Of a stretch of 64,000 nt of DNA, positions 20,223 to 30,965 are shown piece by piece. Below the pieces are notes generated by a model. The model ran no database searches, had not been told where the DNA came from, and saw only the letters and a list, made by a program, of their open reading frames with translations. Origin of the DNA: Deinococcus sp. Lineage in GTDB: Bacteria; Deinococcota; Deinococci; Deinococcales; Deinococcaceae. Numbering within the stretch: the first letter of the stretch is position 1; each line of letters opens with the position of its first letter. The translations under genes and the position numbers were made by a program. Location: positions 224,001-288,000 of the forward strand of contig OZ253376.1 of assembly GCA_965261005.1 (NCBI GenBank), written 5' to 3'.

Positions 20223-23033
20223 ATGCGTTTTCTCACCTACCGCGACCTCGACGCTTCCCGCGTCAAGAAGCAGCTCGGGAAGGTGCGCGAGTCCATTGAG
20301 CGCGACGACTTCCGCACGCCGGACGTCAAGAAGCTGGCGCAGGGAAACTATTACCGCGCGCGGCTGGACGACACCAACCGCCTGCTGCTGACCTTTGTCA
20401 GGCACGAAGCGGAGACGGTCTGCCTCGCGCTGGAGGTCATTCACCAGCACGCCTACGAGAAGTCGCGCTTTTTGCGGGGTGCGGCCATAGACGAGGCGAA
20501 GCTGCCCGACTTCAGCGTGGAAACGGTGAGCGCGGAGGCGGCCCCGGTGCGCTATCTCAACCCGGCCCGCAGCGAGTTTCACCTGCTGGACAAGGTGATC
20601 TCCTTCGACGATACGCAGGACGCGGTGTACCGCACGCCCGCGCCGCTGATCCTGGTGGGGTCGGCCGGGAGCGGCAAGACCGCGCTGACGCTGCAAAAGC
20701 TGCGCGAGATGCCGGGGCAGGTGCTGTACGTGACGCTCTCGCCGTACCTCGCGCAGGGCGCCGCCGGGCTGTACGGGGCGCACGGCTTCGAGAACGAGGC
20801 GCAGGAGGTGCAGTTCCTCTCCTTTGCCGACTTGCTGAAGACCCTGCGCGTGCCGCGTGGCCGGGAAGTCACCCCCCAGGACTTTCGCGGCTGGGTGGCC
20901 CGGCAGCCCCAGCTCAAGTTCACCGACGCCCACCAGCTGTTCGAGGAGTTCCGGGGTGTGCTGGGCAGCTCGCCGCAAGGTCCCCTGTCGCGCGAAGCGT
21001 ACCTGGCCCTCGGCGTCCGCCAAAGCCTGTACGGTGCGGAGCAGCGCCCGCAGGTGTATGACCTGTTTTCCAAGTACCTGACGTGGCTGGAGGAGGCGGG
21101 GCTGTACGACGCTTCTCTGCTGGCCGCCCAGTATCTGCCGGAGGTGCAGCCCACCGCCGACTTCGTGGTGGTGGACGAGGTGCAGGACTTCACGGCGGCG
21201 CAGCTGGCGCTGGCGCTGCGGACGCTGAAGACGCCGGGGCAGTTCCTGTTGTGCGGCGACGCCAACCAGATCGTGCATCCCAACTTCTTCTCGTGGGCGC
21301 GGGTCAAGACGCTGCTGTGGCAAGACCCCGACTTGGCCGAGCGGCAGAAGATCAACGTCCTTCAAGTCAATTTCCGCAACTCCTCGCAGGTGACGCGGGT
21401 GGCGAACGACCTCCTCAAGGTCAAGCACGCCCGTTTTGGCAGCGTGGACCGCGAAAGCAATTTCCTGGTGCGGGCGGTGGCGCGGGAGCCGGGGTCGGTC
21501 ACCTTTTTGCCCGACGACCCCCGCGTCAAGCGGCAGCTGAACGAGCAGACGCAAGGCAGCACCGAGTACGCCGTGCTGGTGCTGCGCGACGAGGACAAGG
21601 CGGAGGCGCGAAAGGCCTTTGGCACCCCGCTGGTCTTCTCCGTCCACGAGGCCAAGGGGCTGGAGTACGGGGGCGTCATCCTGCACAACTTCATCAGCGG
21701 GGCGCGGCAGATGTACGCGGACATCGCCGAGGGCGTCACGGAAGCCGATTTGCAACGGGACGAGCTGGCCTACCGCCGCGCAAAGGACCGGGCCGACCGC
21801 TCGCTGGAACTCTACAAGTTCTACGTGAACGCGCTGTACGTGGCCGTGACCCGCGCGGTGGAGCGGGTGATCTTGGTGGAGGCGGACACCCGCCACCCCC
21901 TGCTCGCCCTGCTGGGCGTGAGGCTGGGGGACGAGGCCGAGCAACTCAAGGTGAAAAAGGCGTCCCGCGAGGATTGGGAGCGCGAGGCCCGCAAGCTGGA
22001 GTTGCAGGGCAAGAAGGAGCAGGCCGGGGACATCCGCCGCCGCATCCTTCAGCAAAAGGACGTGCCGTGGGAGGTCTGGACGCCGTCCGTGCTGGCGCGG
22101 ATGCAGGCGCGGGCGCAGGTGCATCCCGGCGACGTGAAGGGGGCGCGCGAACTCATGGATTACGCGCTGCTCAGCTTGGACGGGCGGCTGCTGGAGGAGC
22201 TGGCGGACCTGAAGATCAAGCCCGCTCAGTCCTTTTTGCGCAACTCGGACAAGGACCGCCGCGTTCAGCGGCAGGCGGTGGTGGACAAGCGCCGCAAGGC
22301 CTACGAGACCGGTAACCTCAAGGCCATCTTGGCCGACACCGAGCGCTACGGCGTGGACCACCGCACGCCGGAGAACCTCACCCCGCTGATGCTGGCGGTG
22401 CTGAGCGGCAACTTGGCGCTGGTGGACGCCCTGCTGGAACGCGGCGCGGACCCGACCCAGACGGACCTGTACGGGCGCACGCCGCACATGCTGGCGCTTG
22501 GGCGGGCGATGGAGGACGCGGCGTACGCGCGGCACATGCTCGGCCCCACCTGGGAGCGGGTGCGGCCCGCCGCGCTGGACGTGCTGGTGGGGGACCGCTT
22601 GGTGCGCCTTTCCCAAGAGGGGGCCGAGTTCTACTTCCTGAGCGTGATGCTGGCCCTTTTGCCGCACTACACCTCGCGGCTGGCCTGGCCTGAGCTGTCC
22701 CCGCACGACCTGTTGGAGCGGCAGCAGGGCTTCTACGTGAACGCCCTCCAGACCCACCTGGACCTTTTCCCGGCGAACGTGCTGAGGGAGGCGCGGCGCA
22801 AGCGCACCTACTTCAACCACGTGCTGGCGCGGGCCGAGGTGGACAGCACCTACGCGCCCGCCCGCCGGTTGTGGCGGCGCGTGAGGCAGGGCTATTACGT
22901 CCTGAACCCGGAGCTGGCGGTGAAGCTGGTCCTGGCGCCGGACGCGGAGGGTGAGTGGGTGAACGTGGGCCTGCTGACCGATCCCATCGCGCGGGGATGG
23001 CTCGCGTCACCGGGTGAGGCCGCCGTCCTCTAA
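20223..23033 (+). CDS. Multidomain protein: RelE/ParE-like N-terminus + UvrD/SF1 helicase + ankyrin repeats
   Basis: Leaderless TATCCT-N6-ATG. SF1 motifs GSAGSGKT, DEVQD, GDANQ, NFRNS, SVHEAKGLEY and LYVAVTRA. Ankyrin TPLMLAVLSGNLALVDALLERGADP. N-terminal VKKL...YRARLDDTNRLL is RelE-like. Confidence 0.85.
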   Translation: MRFLTYRDLDASRVKKQLGKVRESIERDDFRTPDVKKLAQGNYYRARLDDTNRLLLTFVRHEAETVCLALEVIHQHAYEKSRFLRGAAIDEAKLPDFSVETVSAEAAPVRYLNPARSEFHLLDKVISFDDTQDAVYRTPAPLILVGSAGSGKTALTLQKLREMPGQVLYVTLSPYLAQGAAGLYGAHGFENEAQEVQFLSFADLLKTLRVPRGREVTPQDFRGWVARQPQLKFTDAHQLFEEFRGVLGSSPQGPLSREAYLALGVRQSLYGAEQRPQVYDLFSKYLTWLEEAGLYDASLLAAQYLPEVQPTADFVVVDEVQDFTAAQLALALRTLKTPGQFLLCGDANQIVHPNFFSWARVKTLLWQDPDLAERQKINVLQVNFRNSSQVTRVANDLLKVKHARFGSVDRESNFLVRAVAREPGSVTFLPDDPRVKRQLNEQTQGSTEYAVLVLRDEDKAEARKAFGTPLVFSVHEAKGLEYGGVILHNFISGARQMYADIAEGVTEADLQRDELAYRRAKDRADRSLELYKFYVNALYVAVTRAVERVILVEADTRHPLLALLGVRLGDEAEQLKVKKASREDWEREARKLELQGKKEQAGDIRRRILQQKDVPWEVWTPSVLARMQARAQVHPGDVKGARELMDYALLSLDGRLLEELADLKIKPAQSFLRNSDKDRRVQRQAVVDKRRKAYETGNLKAILADTERYGVDHRTPENLTPLMLAVLSGNLALVDALLERGADPTQTDLYGRTPHMLALGRAMEDAAYARHMLGPTWERVRPAALDVLVGDRLVRLSQEGAEFYFLSVMLALLPHYTSRLAWPELSPHDLLERQQGFYVNALQTHLDLFPANVLREARRKRTYFNHVLARAEVDSTYAPARRLWRRVRQGYYVLNPELAVKLVLAPDAEGEWVNVGLLTDPIARGWLASPGEAAVL

Positions 23034-23042
23034 ACTCCCCCC

Positions 23043-24961
<1,919 letters not shown>

Positions 24962-24989
24962 CCGCAAGGGGCGTGGCTGCTGTCAAAGT

Positions 24990-25224
24990 CCGGCAATTTG
25001 CGGGGCGTGCTGGCGGGCCTTTTCGGGGAGGCCAGCCTCCGGGGGCCGGCACTATGGACGCTGCCCGGGGAAAATGGCGTCCTGCACAGACCGCAAAACG
25101 GCGCGTCAGAGACCTGCTCCGGCTGTTGCGAACGCTGCCAGCGTGTAGGATGAATGCTGTCCTGCACCTCAGGGCGAGCCGCATGACAACACCTGCCCTC
25201 CTTGAAAAGGGCGAGAAATAAGCC
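24990..25224 (+). promoter_or_regulatory. CRISPR leader of array 2
   Basis: Conserved blocks shared with the array-1 leader; ends GAAATAAGCC before repeat 1. Confidence 0.75.
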
Positions 25225-25999
25225 GCTTCAACCACTTCCCCGAGCGATAGGGGACTGAAACACCCGTGGCGCACCATCGCGGTAGACGGGCTGCCCGGCT
25301 TCAACCACTTCCCCGAGCGATAGGGGACTGAAACGGTATACCCAGTTAATCGCCCAGGTCGCAACCGCTTGCTTCAACCACTTCCCCGAGCGATAGGGGA
25401 CTGAAACAGGTGTACGGCGACGCCAGGGTGTACGGCGACGCTTGGGTGCTTCAACCACTTCCCCGAGCGATAGGGGACTGAAACCGCTGATCGTGAGCAT
25501 CGCGGCCGAACTGCGCGCAAGGCTTCAACCACTTCCCCGAGCGATAGGGGACTGAAACTCGCAGTAATTCTTCTCGAACTCCAGGTGACGAATGCTTCAA
25601 CCACTTCCCCGAGCGATAGGGGACTGAAACGCACCTTGGACAGCGCCAACCGCACCCTTACGGCTCTGCTTCAACCACTTCCCCGAGCGATAGGGGACTG
25701 AAACTGGAGCGGCCCCGCGCGAAGTTCCGCAATCGCACCAGCTTCAACCACTTCCCCGAGCGATAGGGGACTGAAACAGCTGCGCGACTCACAGGAGATG
25801 CGCGCCGGCCACCTGCTTCAACCACTTCCCCGAGCGATAGGGGACTGAAACGCGAGCACGGGCAGCGGCGCGGGTGCGGGCAGCACGCTTCAACCACTTC
25901 CCCGAGCGATAGGGGACTGAAACGCGTGCAGCGAGGAGATGTCGCTGCTGCTTCTGCGGCTTGCTTCAACAGCTTCCCCGAGCGATAGGGGACTGAAAC

Positions 26000-26160
26000 G
26001 CGAAGGTCGCCAGCGCGTCTTGTGTCAGTAAAAGCCGTACAGGCCGTACTTACACGTGACCTTGGAACTGGTGGGGGATACAATGGAAGTGTTCCACGCC
26101 CACGCCATGAACGCGGCAGAGCTGCAAATCTACAAGGGTAAGGGTGGGAAAAAGAGATGA
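26000..26160 (+). pseudogene. C-terminal remnant of a BrnT-like toxin inside the CRISPR array
   Basis: EGRQRVLCQ*KPYRPYLHVTLELVGDTMEVFHAHAMNAAELQIYKGKGGKKR*, with ATGA overlap to the next ORF. Confidence 0.5.
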
Positions 26161-26363
26161 GCAAGTTCAAAACCGTGCGGCTGGCCGACGTGCCGGACAA
26201 CATGACCCAAGAAGAGGAAGCCCGTTACTGGGATTCGCACACCATCGCCTCCGACGACTGGGAAGAGGCGCCAGTAGGGGACGCGGCGCTGGATACCTTC
26301 TTTGGGCGCTACGATGCCGAGCACGCCCTCGTTCGAGGCTTCAACGATTTCCCCGAGCGATAG
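26157..26363 (+). CDS. CopG/BrnA-type antitoxin-like N-terminal domain; stop codon lies within CRISPR repeat 12
   Basis: VPDNMTQEEEARYWDSHTI resembles the E-E-A-x-F-W-D-T-H motif. No RHH C-terminus is present. Confidence 0.6.
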   Translation: MSKFKTVRLADVPDNMTQEEEARYWDSHTIASDDWEEAPVGDAALDTFFGRYDAEHALVRGFNDFPER

Positions 26364-26493
26364 GGGACTGAAACAGAACTCCTGCGGCACCTGCCCCGGC
26401 ACCTCGTAGGCTTCAACAACTTCCCCGAGCGATAGGGGACTGAACCTTGGTCAGGTCGTACCCGCCGCCGTCAATCTCATCTCGGTTTCCGTC

Positions 26494-27558
26494 TCACGCG
26501 TCGCCGCTCGGCGCCACCCTGCCGATGGCGCGGCTCGCTCTCAGGGACGGCGCCTCGATCAGACGGTAGGCCAAGGACGCCGCCAACAGGGTGAGCGGTA
26601 CGGCCAACAGTCCCCCCAGCGCCAGCGGCACGCCCACACGGGACAGGCCCCAAGCGACCGCCAGCAGCACTGGAAAGTGCGTGGCGTACAGCGAGTAGCT
26701 GACGCGCCCGAGGTGTTGCAGCGCCGGGCGCTCCAGCCACGCCGCCGCGTGCGGCAAGTGGCACAGCGCGTACACCATCCCGGCCGCCCCCACCCCGGTC
26801 ACCCAGCGGTACAGCACGTCTTCCTCGTTCGTCAGCCAGCGCGACAGCAGCGCGCCCAGGCCCAGCAACAGCAGGCCCGAGGCCAGGGCGGGGGAGAGGC
26901 GCCCGCGCTCCGGAAAGCTGAGGCCAACCGCCGCCCCCAAGGCGAACAGCGGCAGGTACAGTAAGGAGGGAAAGCCCAGCGCGCCCAGCGTCAGCGCGAG
27001 GCCCGCCACCGGCAGCACGCTCCAAAGGCGCAGCCGCAGGGCCAGCCACGCCAGCAGCGGCATCACGAAGGCGGCCTGCCACTCCACCACCAAGGTCCAC
27101 AGCGGCGGGTTGAGGCGGTTGGCGTTCGGCACCGGCCACAGCAAGGTGAGAAAGCCCAGCAGGTCGCCCGAACTCAGCGGCTCGCTCAGGGTGCGCAGCA
27201 GCACGCTGGCCCCGCTCGGTATCTCCACATTCAGCAGCGCCCTCGACGTGAAGCCGAGCACGACCGCCAGGTAGGCGACCGGCAGCAAGCGGACCAGGCG
27301 CCGCGCCAGGTAGATGCGCAGCGCGGCGGGGGAGAAGCCGCGCCGCGCGATGGCGCGGGCGACGACGAAGCCGCTCAGCACGAAGAAGAGGTCCACCGCC
27401 GGGGCGCCCAGGTGCCACAAGGCGTACTCGAAAACCGTGGGAGGTCGCAAGCCCCAAGGCACATAGCTCAGGGCGGCGACGTGGCTGAGCACGACCGCAA
27501 AGGCCGCGAGGCCGCGTACCCCGTCCAAAAAGGCGAGCCGGACGGGGGCGCGGCTCAG
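26494..27558 (-). CDS. Acyltransferase family 3 (OafA-like membrane O-acyltransferase)
   Basis: LDGVRGLAAFAVVLSH, VDLFFVLSGFV, LWTLVVEW and LGRVSYSLYATH. Start is approximate. Confidence 0.9.
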   Translation of the reverse strand: MSRAPVRLAFLDGVRGLAAFAVVLSHVAALSYVPWGLRPPTVFEYALWHLGAPAVDLFFVLSGFVVARAIARRGFSPAALRIYLARRLVRLLPVAYLAVVLGFTSRALLNVEIPSGASVLLRTLSEPLSSGDLLGFLTLLWPVPNANRLNPPLWTLVVEWQAAFVMPLLAWLALRLRLWSVLPVAGLALTLGALGFPSLLYLPLFALGAAVGLSFPERGRLSPALASGLLLLGLGALLSRWLTNEEDVLYRWVTGVGAAGMVYALCHLPHAAAWLERPALQHLGRVSYSLYATHFPVLLAVAWGLSRVGVPLALGGLLAVPLTLLAASLAYRLIEAPSLRASRAIGRVAPSGDA

Positions 27559-29204
27559 TTCAGCTTCAGGCCGGACCAAAACGCGCACTTGTGCTCCGCC
27601 GAGAAGTTGACGCTTTCCCGGCTTCCCGCCGGCGTGAAGACCTCCAGGTTGCCGCGCGCCGCCTCGAAGGGCCGCCACGGCGCTCGGTTCTGCGCCCCGT
27701 CCGCCGGGTTCGGGTCGCCCGTCCCCGCAAACCTCGCCCAGGCCGTGCTGAAGGCGTCCGAGAGCCGTCTTTGGGCGGGGCTGAACATCGCGGGGTCCGC
27801 CACGCCGGGAATCGGCGTCCCGAAGGCGTACACGAGGCTGCCGCCGTGGAAGGACCCCAGCCCCGGCAGACCTGCCGGCACCTTCAACCCGGTCGCGGCC
27901 TGCGGATCGTCGAACTCGTAGGCGTGGACCGGCACGAAGCGCGACAGCGCGGCGGCGACGTTGCGGGCCGGGCAGCTGAAGACCCCGTCGGTGAACAGCG
28001 TCGTCAGGGCCAGCGCGGGCGTGCCGTAGGCCCGAATGGGGTACTGGGCCAGCACCCGCTGGGCCGAATCGACCCCGACCAAGAGGCCGACGCCGCCCCA
28101 ATACTGAACCGCGCTGAGCGGCTGGCCCCCCGGGGACGCCACCGAGACGAACAGCCGCCCCTCGTCGTGGTTGGTGCCCAGCAGCACCGGCACGCGGTTG
28201 AAGCGCCCCCGACCAAAGGCGTCCTCCAGCGTGAGCGGTAGCGCGCCCCCGCCGTACACCGGCGACCACACCAAATTGCTGAGGGGCCGCAGACCCGGCA
28301 CCTTGGTCGCCAGTAGCGCGCTCACTGGCACGCGCCGCAGGCAGGCCAAGTCCGCCACCGAGCAGCCGAGCCTCGCCGCGTAGCTTTGGTTGCGCGCCCC
28401 CGCCTGCGCCAGCGTGACGGCGTTGCCGGGGCTGGTGCACAGCCCGCTCTGGACGATGGCCTTTTGAAACAGGCCGGCGGCGGTGGGCGAGGCCAGTTGG
28501 TCGCACACGCTCAAAGCGCCCGCCGACTCCCCGGCGACGGTCACGTTCGCCGGGTCACCGCCAAAGGCGGCGATGTTGTCCCGTACCCAGCGCAGGGCGG
28601 CCTGCTGGTCGAGCAGCCCATAGTTGCCCGAGGCGCCAAGGGGCGCCTCGGCGTCCAGCCTTGGCAGCGCCAGAAAGCCCAGGGCGCCCAGGCGGTAGTT
28701 GAGGGTCACGACCATCAGGCCGTACTTCTCGGCCAGCACGCTGCCGTCGTAAAAGCTGCCGGCGCCATTGGTGAAGCTGCCGCCGTGAATCCAGACCAGC
28801 ACGGGCAACTTGCCGCTCCCCGCCGTTCCCCTCGGCGCGTAGACGTTCAGGTACAGGCAGTCCTCGTCGCCTTGAAGCTGGCCGGGCGTGACGCCGGGCG
28901 CCGGGAACAGCGCCAGCGCCAGCTGCGGACAGACGTTGCCGAAGCTGCCGGCGTCCCTGGGCACGCGCCAAGGCTGGGGCGGCTGCGGCGCCCGCCAGCG
29001 CAAGTCGCCCACGGGCGGCGCCGCGTAGGGAATGCCGAAAAAGGTCTGCACGGCCGCTTCCCGCCCCACCACCGCCCCCTGGTCCGTCTCGACCGTGCGG
29101 GTCTGCTGGGCCTGCTGAGCTTGGGCGGCGGGGGCGAGCAGCAGGGCAAGCGAGGCGAGCAGTCGGACGCGGGACGTTCGGTTCATGAGATGCCTCCTCG
29201 CCAT
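27555..29204 (-). CDS. Secreted type-B carboxylesterase/lipase
   Basis: Signal peptide, FFGIPYAAPPVGDLRW, EDCLYLNV, WIHGG and GESAG. Confidence 0.93.
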   Translation of the reverse strand: MARRHLMNRTSRVRLLASLALLLAPAAQAQQAQQTRTVETDQGAVVGREAAVQTFFGIPYAAPPVGDLRWRAPQPPQPWRVPRDAGSFGNVCPQLALALFPAPGVTPGQLQGDEDCLYLNVYAPRGTAGSGKLPVLVWIHGGSFTNGAGSFYDGSVLAEKYGLMVVTLNYRLGALGFLALPRLDAEAPLGASGNYGLLDQQAALRWVRDNIAAFGGDPANVTVAGESAGALSVCDQLASPTAAGLFQKAIVQSGLCTSPGNAVTLAQAGARNQSYAARLGCSVADLACLRRVPVSALLATKVPGLRPLSNLVWSPVYGGGALPLTLEDAFGRGRFNRVPVLLGTNHDEGRLFVSVASPGGQPLSAVQYWGGVGLLVGVDSAQRVLAQYPIRAYGTPALALTTLFTDGVFSCPARNVAAALSRFVPVHAYEFDDPQAATGLKVPAGLPGLGSFHGGSLVYAFGTPIPGVADPAMFSPAQRRLSDAFSTAWARFAGTGDPNPADGAQNRAPWRPFEAARGNLEVFTPAGSRESVNFSAEHKCAFWSGLKLN

Positions 29205-29479
29205 TCATAGCACTTCGCCGGGGCTTGATGGCGGCGCGTGTTGGGCGGAACGGCGGCGGCGGAAAACTTATTGACCGCTCCTCACACCTTCCCCTTCCCT
29301 GGACCGCCGCTACGGCGCGGTCCGGGGTTTTCTCTGCCCCGGCTGAGAACTCGCAAAAGCTCGCCGGGATAGACCTTCATGCGGGGCTGAGGCTGTCCAA
29401 AACCTTAACGGCTCCCGCTTGACGGGATCGGCGGGCGGGAACAGAATTCGGCCAGCAAAGCGACTTCGAGGGGGCAAGC

Positions 29480-29995
29480 ATGACGGTAGAAAGCGTGCGG
29501 GGCGAGGGGCTGAGCGTGCCGACGCTCAGCGTGTCCATGACGGTGAACGGCGGGGCGCGCGAGGTGCAGGTGCCGCCCCAAGCGACGTTGCTCGACGTGC
29601 TGCGCGAGCGGCTCTCGCTCACCGGCAGCAAAAAGGGCTGCAACCACGGCCAGTGCGGCGCCTGCACCGTCTTCGTGGACGGCCAGGCGGTTCTGTCCTG
29701 CCTGACCCTGACGGCCACCTTGGAGGGACGCGAGGTCACCACCATCGAGGGCCTCGCGGACGGCGAGCAACTGCACCCGATGCAGCAAGCTTTTATCGAG
29801 CACGACGCCTTTCAGTGCGGCTACTGCACGCCGGGGCAGATTATGTCGGCGGTCGCCTGCGTGCAGACCGGCCACGCCGGCGACGAGGCGGTTCTCAAGG
29901 ACTTCATGAGCGGCAACATCTGCCGCTGCGCCGCCTACCCACAGATCGTGAGGGCCGTGCAGAGCGTGGCGGGGGATGACCATGCGCCCGTTTGA
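29480..29995 (+). CDS. Xanthine dehydrogenase-family 2Fe-2S subunit (PaoA/YagT-like)
   Basis: GCNHGQCGACTV, QCGYCTPGQ and NICRC. Confidence 0.93.
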   Translation: MTVESVRGEGLSVPTLSVSMTVNGGAREVQVPPQATLLDVLRERLSLTGSKKGCNHGQCGACTVFVDGQAVLSCLTLTATLEGREVTTIEGLADGEQLHPMQQAFIEHDAFQCGYCTPGQIMSAVACVQTGHAGDEAVLKDFMSGNICRCAAYPQIVRAVQSVAGDDHAPV

Positions 29996-30965
29996 GTATG
30001 GGCGCGCGGACAGCGAGGCCCAGGCGCTGTCGCTGGGCGGCGCGTACCTGGCCGGCGGCACCACCCTGATCGACTTGATGCGGCTGAACGTCGAGCGCCC
30101 CCCGCTGGTCACCGACATCACCCGCTTGCCGCTCGGGGCGGTCGAGGAGTGGGACGGTGGGCTGCGCATCGGCGCGCTGGCGAGCAACACCGGGGTGGCC
30201 GAGCATCCCTTGGTGCGGGAACGCTTTCCGCTGCTTTCGGAGGCCATTCTGGCCGGGGCGTCACAACAGATTCGCAACATGGCCAGCATGTCGGGCAACG
30301 TGATGCAGCGGACCCGCTGCCCGTACTTCCGCAACCTCGACTTTCCCCAGTGCAACAAGCGCGATCCCGGCAGCGGCTGCGGGGCCATAGAGGGCGACCA
30401 CCGCAAGCACGCGGTCTTGGGGACCTCGGAGCAGTGCATTGCGGTGCACGCCTCGGACGCGGCGGTGGCCTTGGTGGCGCTCGACTGTACCTTGACGCTG
30501 CGCGGGCCGCAAGGGGAGCGCGAGCTGGCCCTCACGGACTTCCTGCTCCAGCCGGGCGACCACCCCGAGCGCGAGCACGACCTCAGACCTGACGAGCTGA
30601 TCGTGGGCCTGAACCTGCCGGCCTTGCCGTGGGCGCGGGGCGGCACCTACCTCAAGGTGCGCGAGCGCGAGTCGTACTCGTTCGCGCTGGCGTCGGCGGC
30701 GGTGGCCCTCGATGTGGACGGCGATACGGTGCGGGACGTGAGAATCGCCCTGGGCGGCGTCGGCACGGTGCCGTGGCGGGCCAGGGCGGCGGAGGAAACG
30801 TTGAAGGGCCAGCCCGCCACCCGCGAATCCTTCGAGGCCGCCGCCCGCATCGCCCTCCAGGACGCCAGGCCGCTGGAGCACAACGCCTACAAAGTCCCCC
30901 TCGCCCGGAACGTGATCGTCCGCGCCCTGGAACGGGTGGCCGGGCGAGGCAAGGAGAACGCATGA
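29982..30965 (+). CDS. Xanthine dehydrogenase-family FAD subunit (PaoB/YagS-like)
   Basis: YLAGGTTLIDLM, ASQQIRNMA and RCPYF...CNKR...GC insert. Confidence 0.93.
   Translation: MRPFEYGRADSEAQALSLGGAYLAGGTTLIDLMRLNVERPPLVTDITRLPLGAVEEWDGGLRIGALASNTGVAEHPLVRERFPLLSEAILAGASQQIRNMASMSGNVMQRTRCPYFRNLDFPQCNKRDPGSGCGAIEGDHRKHAVLGTSEQCIAVHASDAAVALVALDCTLTLRGPQGERELALTDFLLQPGDHPEREHDLRPDELIVGLNLPALPWARGGTYLKVRERESYSFALASAAVALDVDGDTVRDVRIALGGVGTVPWRARAAEETLKGQPATRESFEAAARIALQDARPLEHNAYKVPLARNVIVRALERVAGRGKENA

Larger units (their letters stand above)
25225..26446 (+). CRISPR. CRISPR array 2: 13 repeats of GCTTCAACCACTTCCCCGAGCGATAGGGGACTGAAAC (37 bp)
   Basis: Repeats at 25225, 25298, 25371, 25448, 25522, 25594, 25668, 25741, 25815, 25887, 25963, 26338 and 26410. 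Spacers are 35-40 bp except a 338-bp insert at 26000-26337. The last three repeats are degenerate. Confidence 0.97.

Noticed and set aside
20145..22820. 891-aa minus-strand ORF and other long antisense ORFs (35289-37616, 54796-56598, 60572-63364)
   Set aside because: These are shadows of real high-GC genes and contain no recognisable motifs.
25228..26203. ORFs with repeated FSPLSLGEVVEA or VSVPYRSGKWLK
   Set aside because: They are translations of the CRISPR repeats.
26375..26409. The last spacer partly matches the helicase gene at about 20705-20724 (19 of 20 nt), suggesting self-regulation
   Set aside because: The match is GC-rich and excludes the spacer 5' seed region needed by type I Cascade, so chance is plausible.
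26494..28506. 670-aa acyltransferase fusion in the ORF track
   Set aside because: The N-terminal extension overlaps the esterase in another frame; the real gene starts near 27558.
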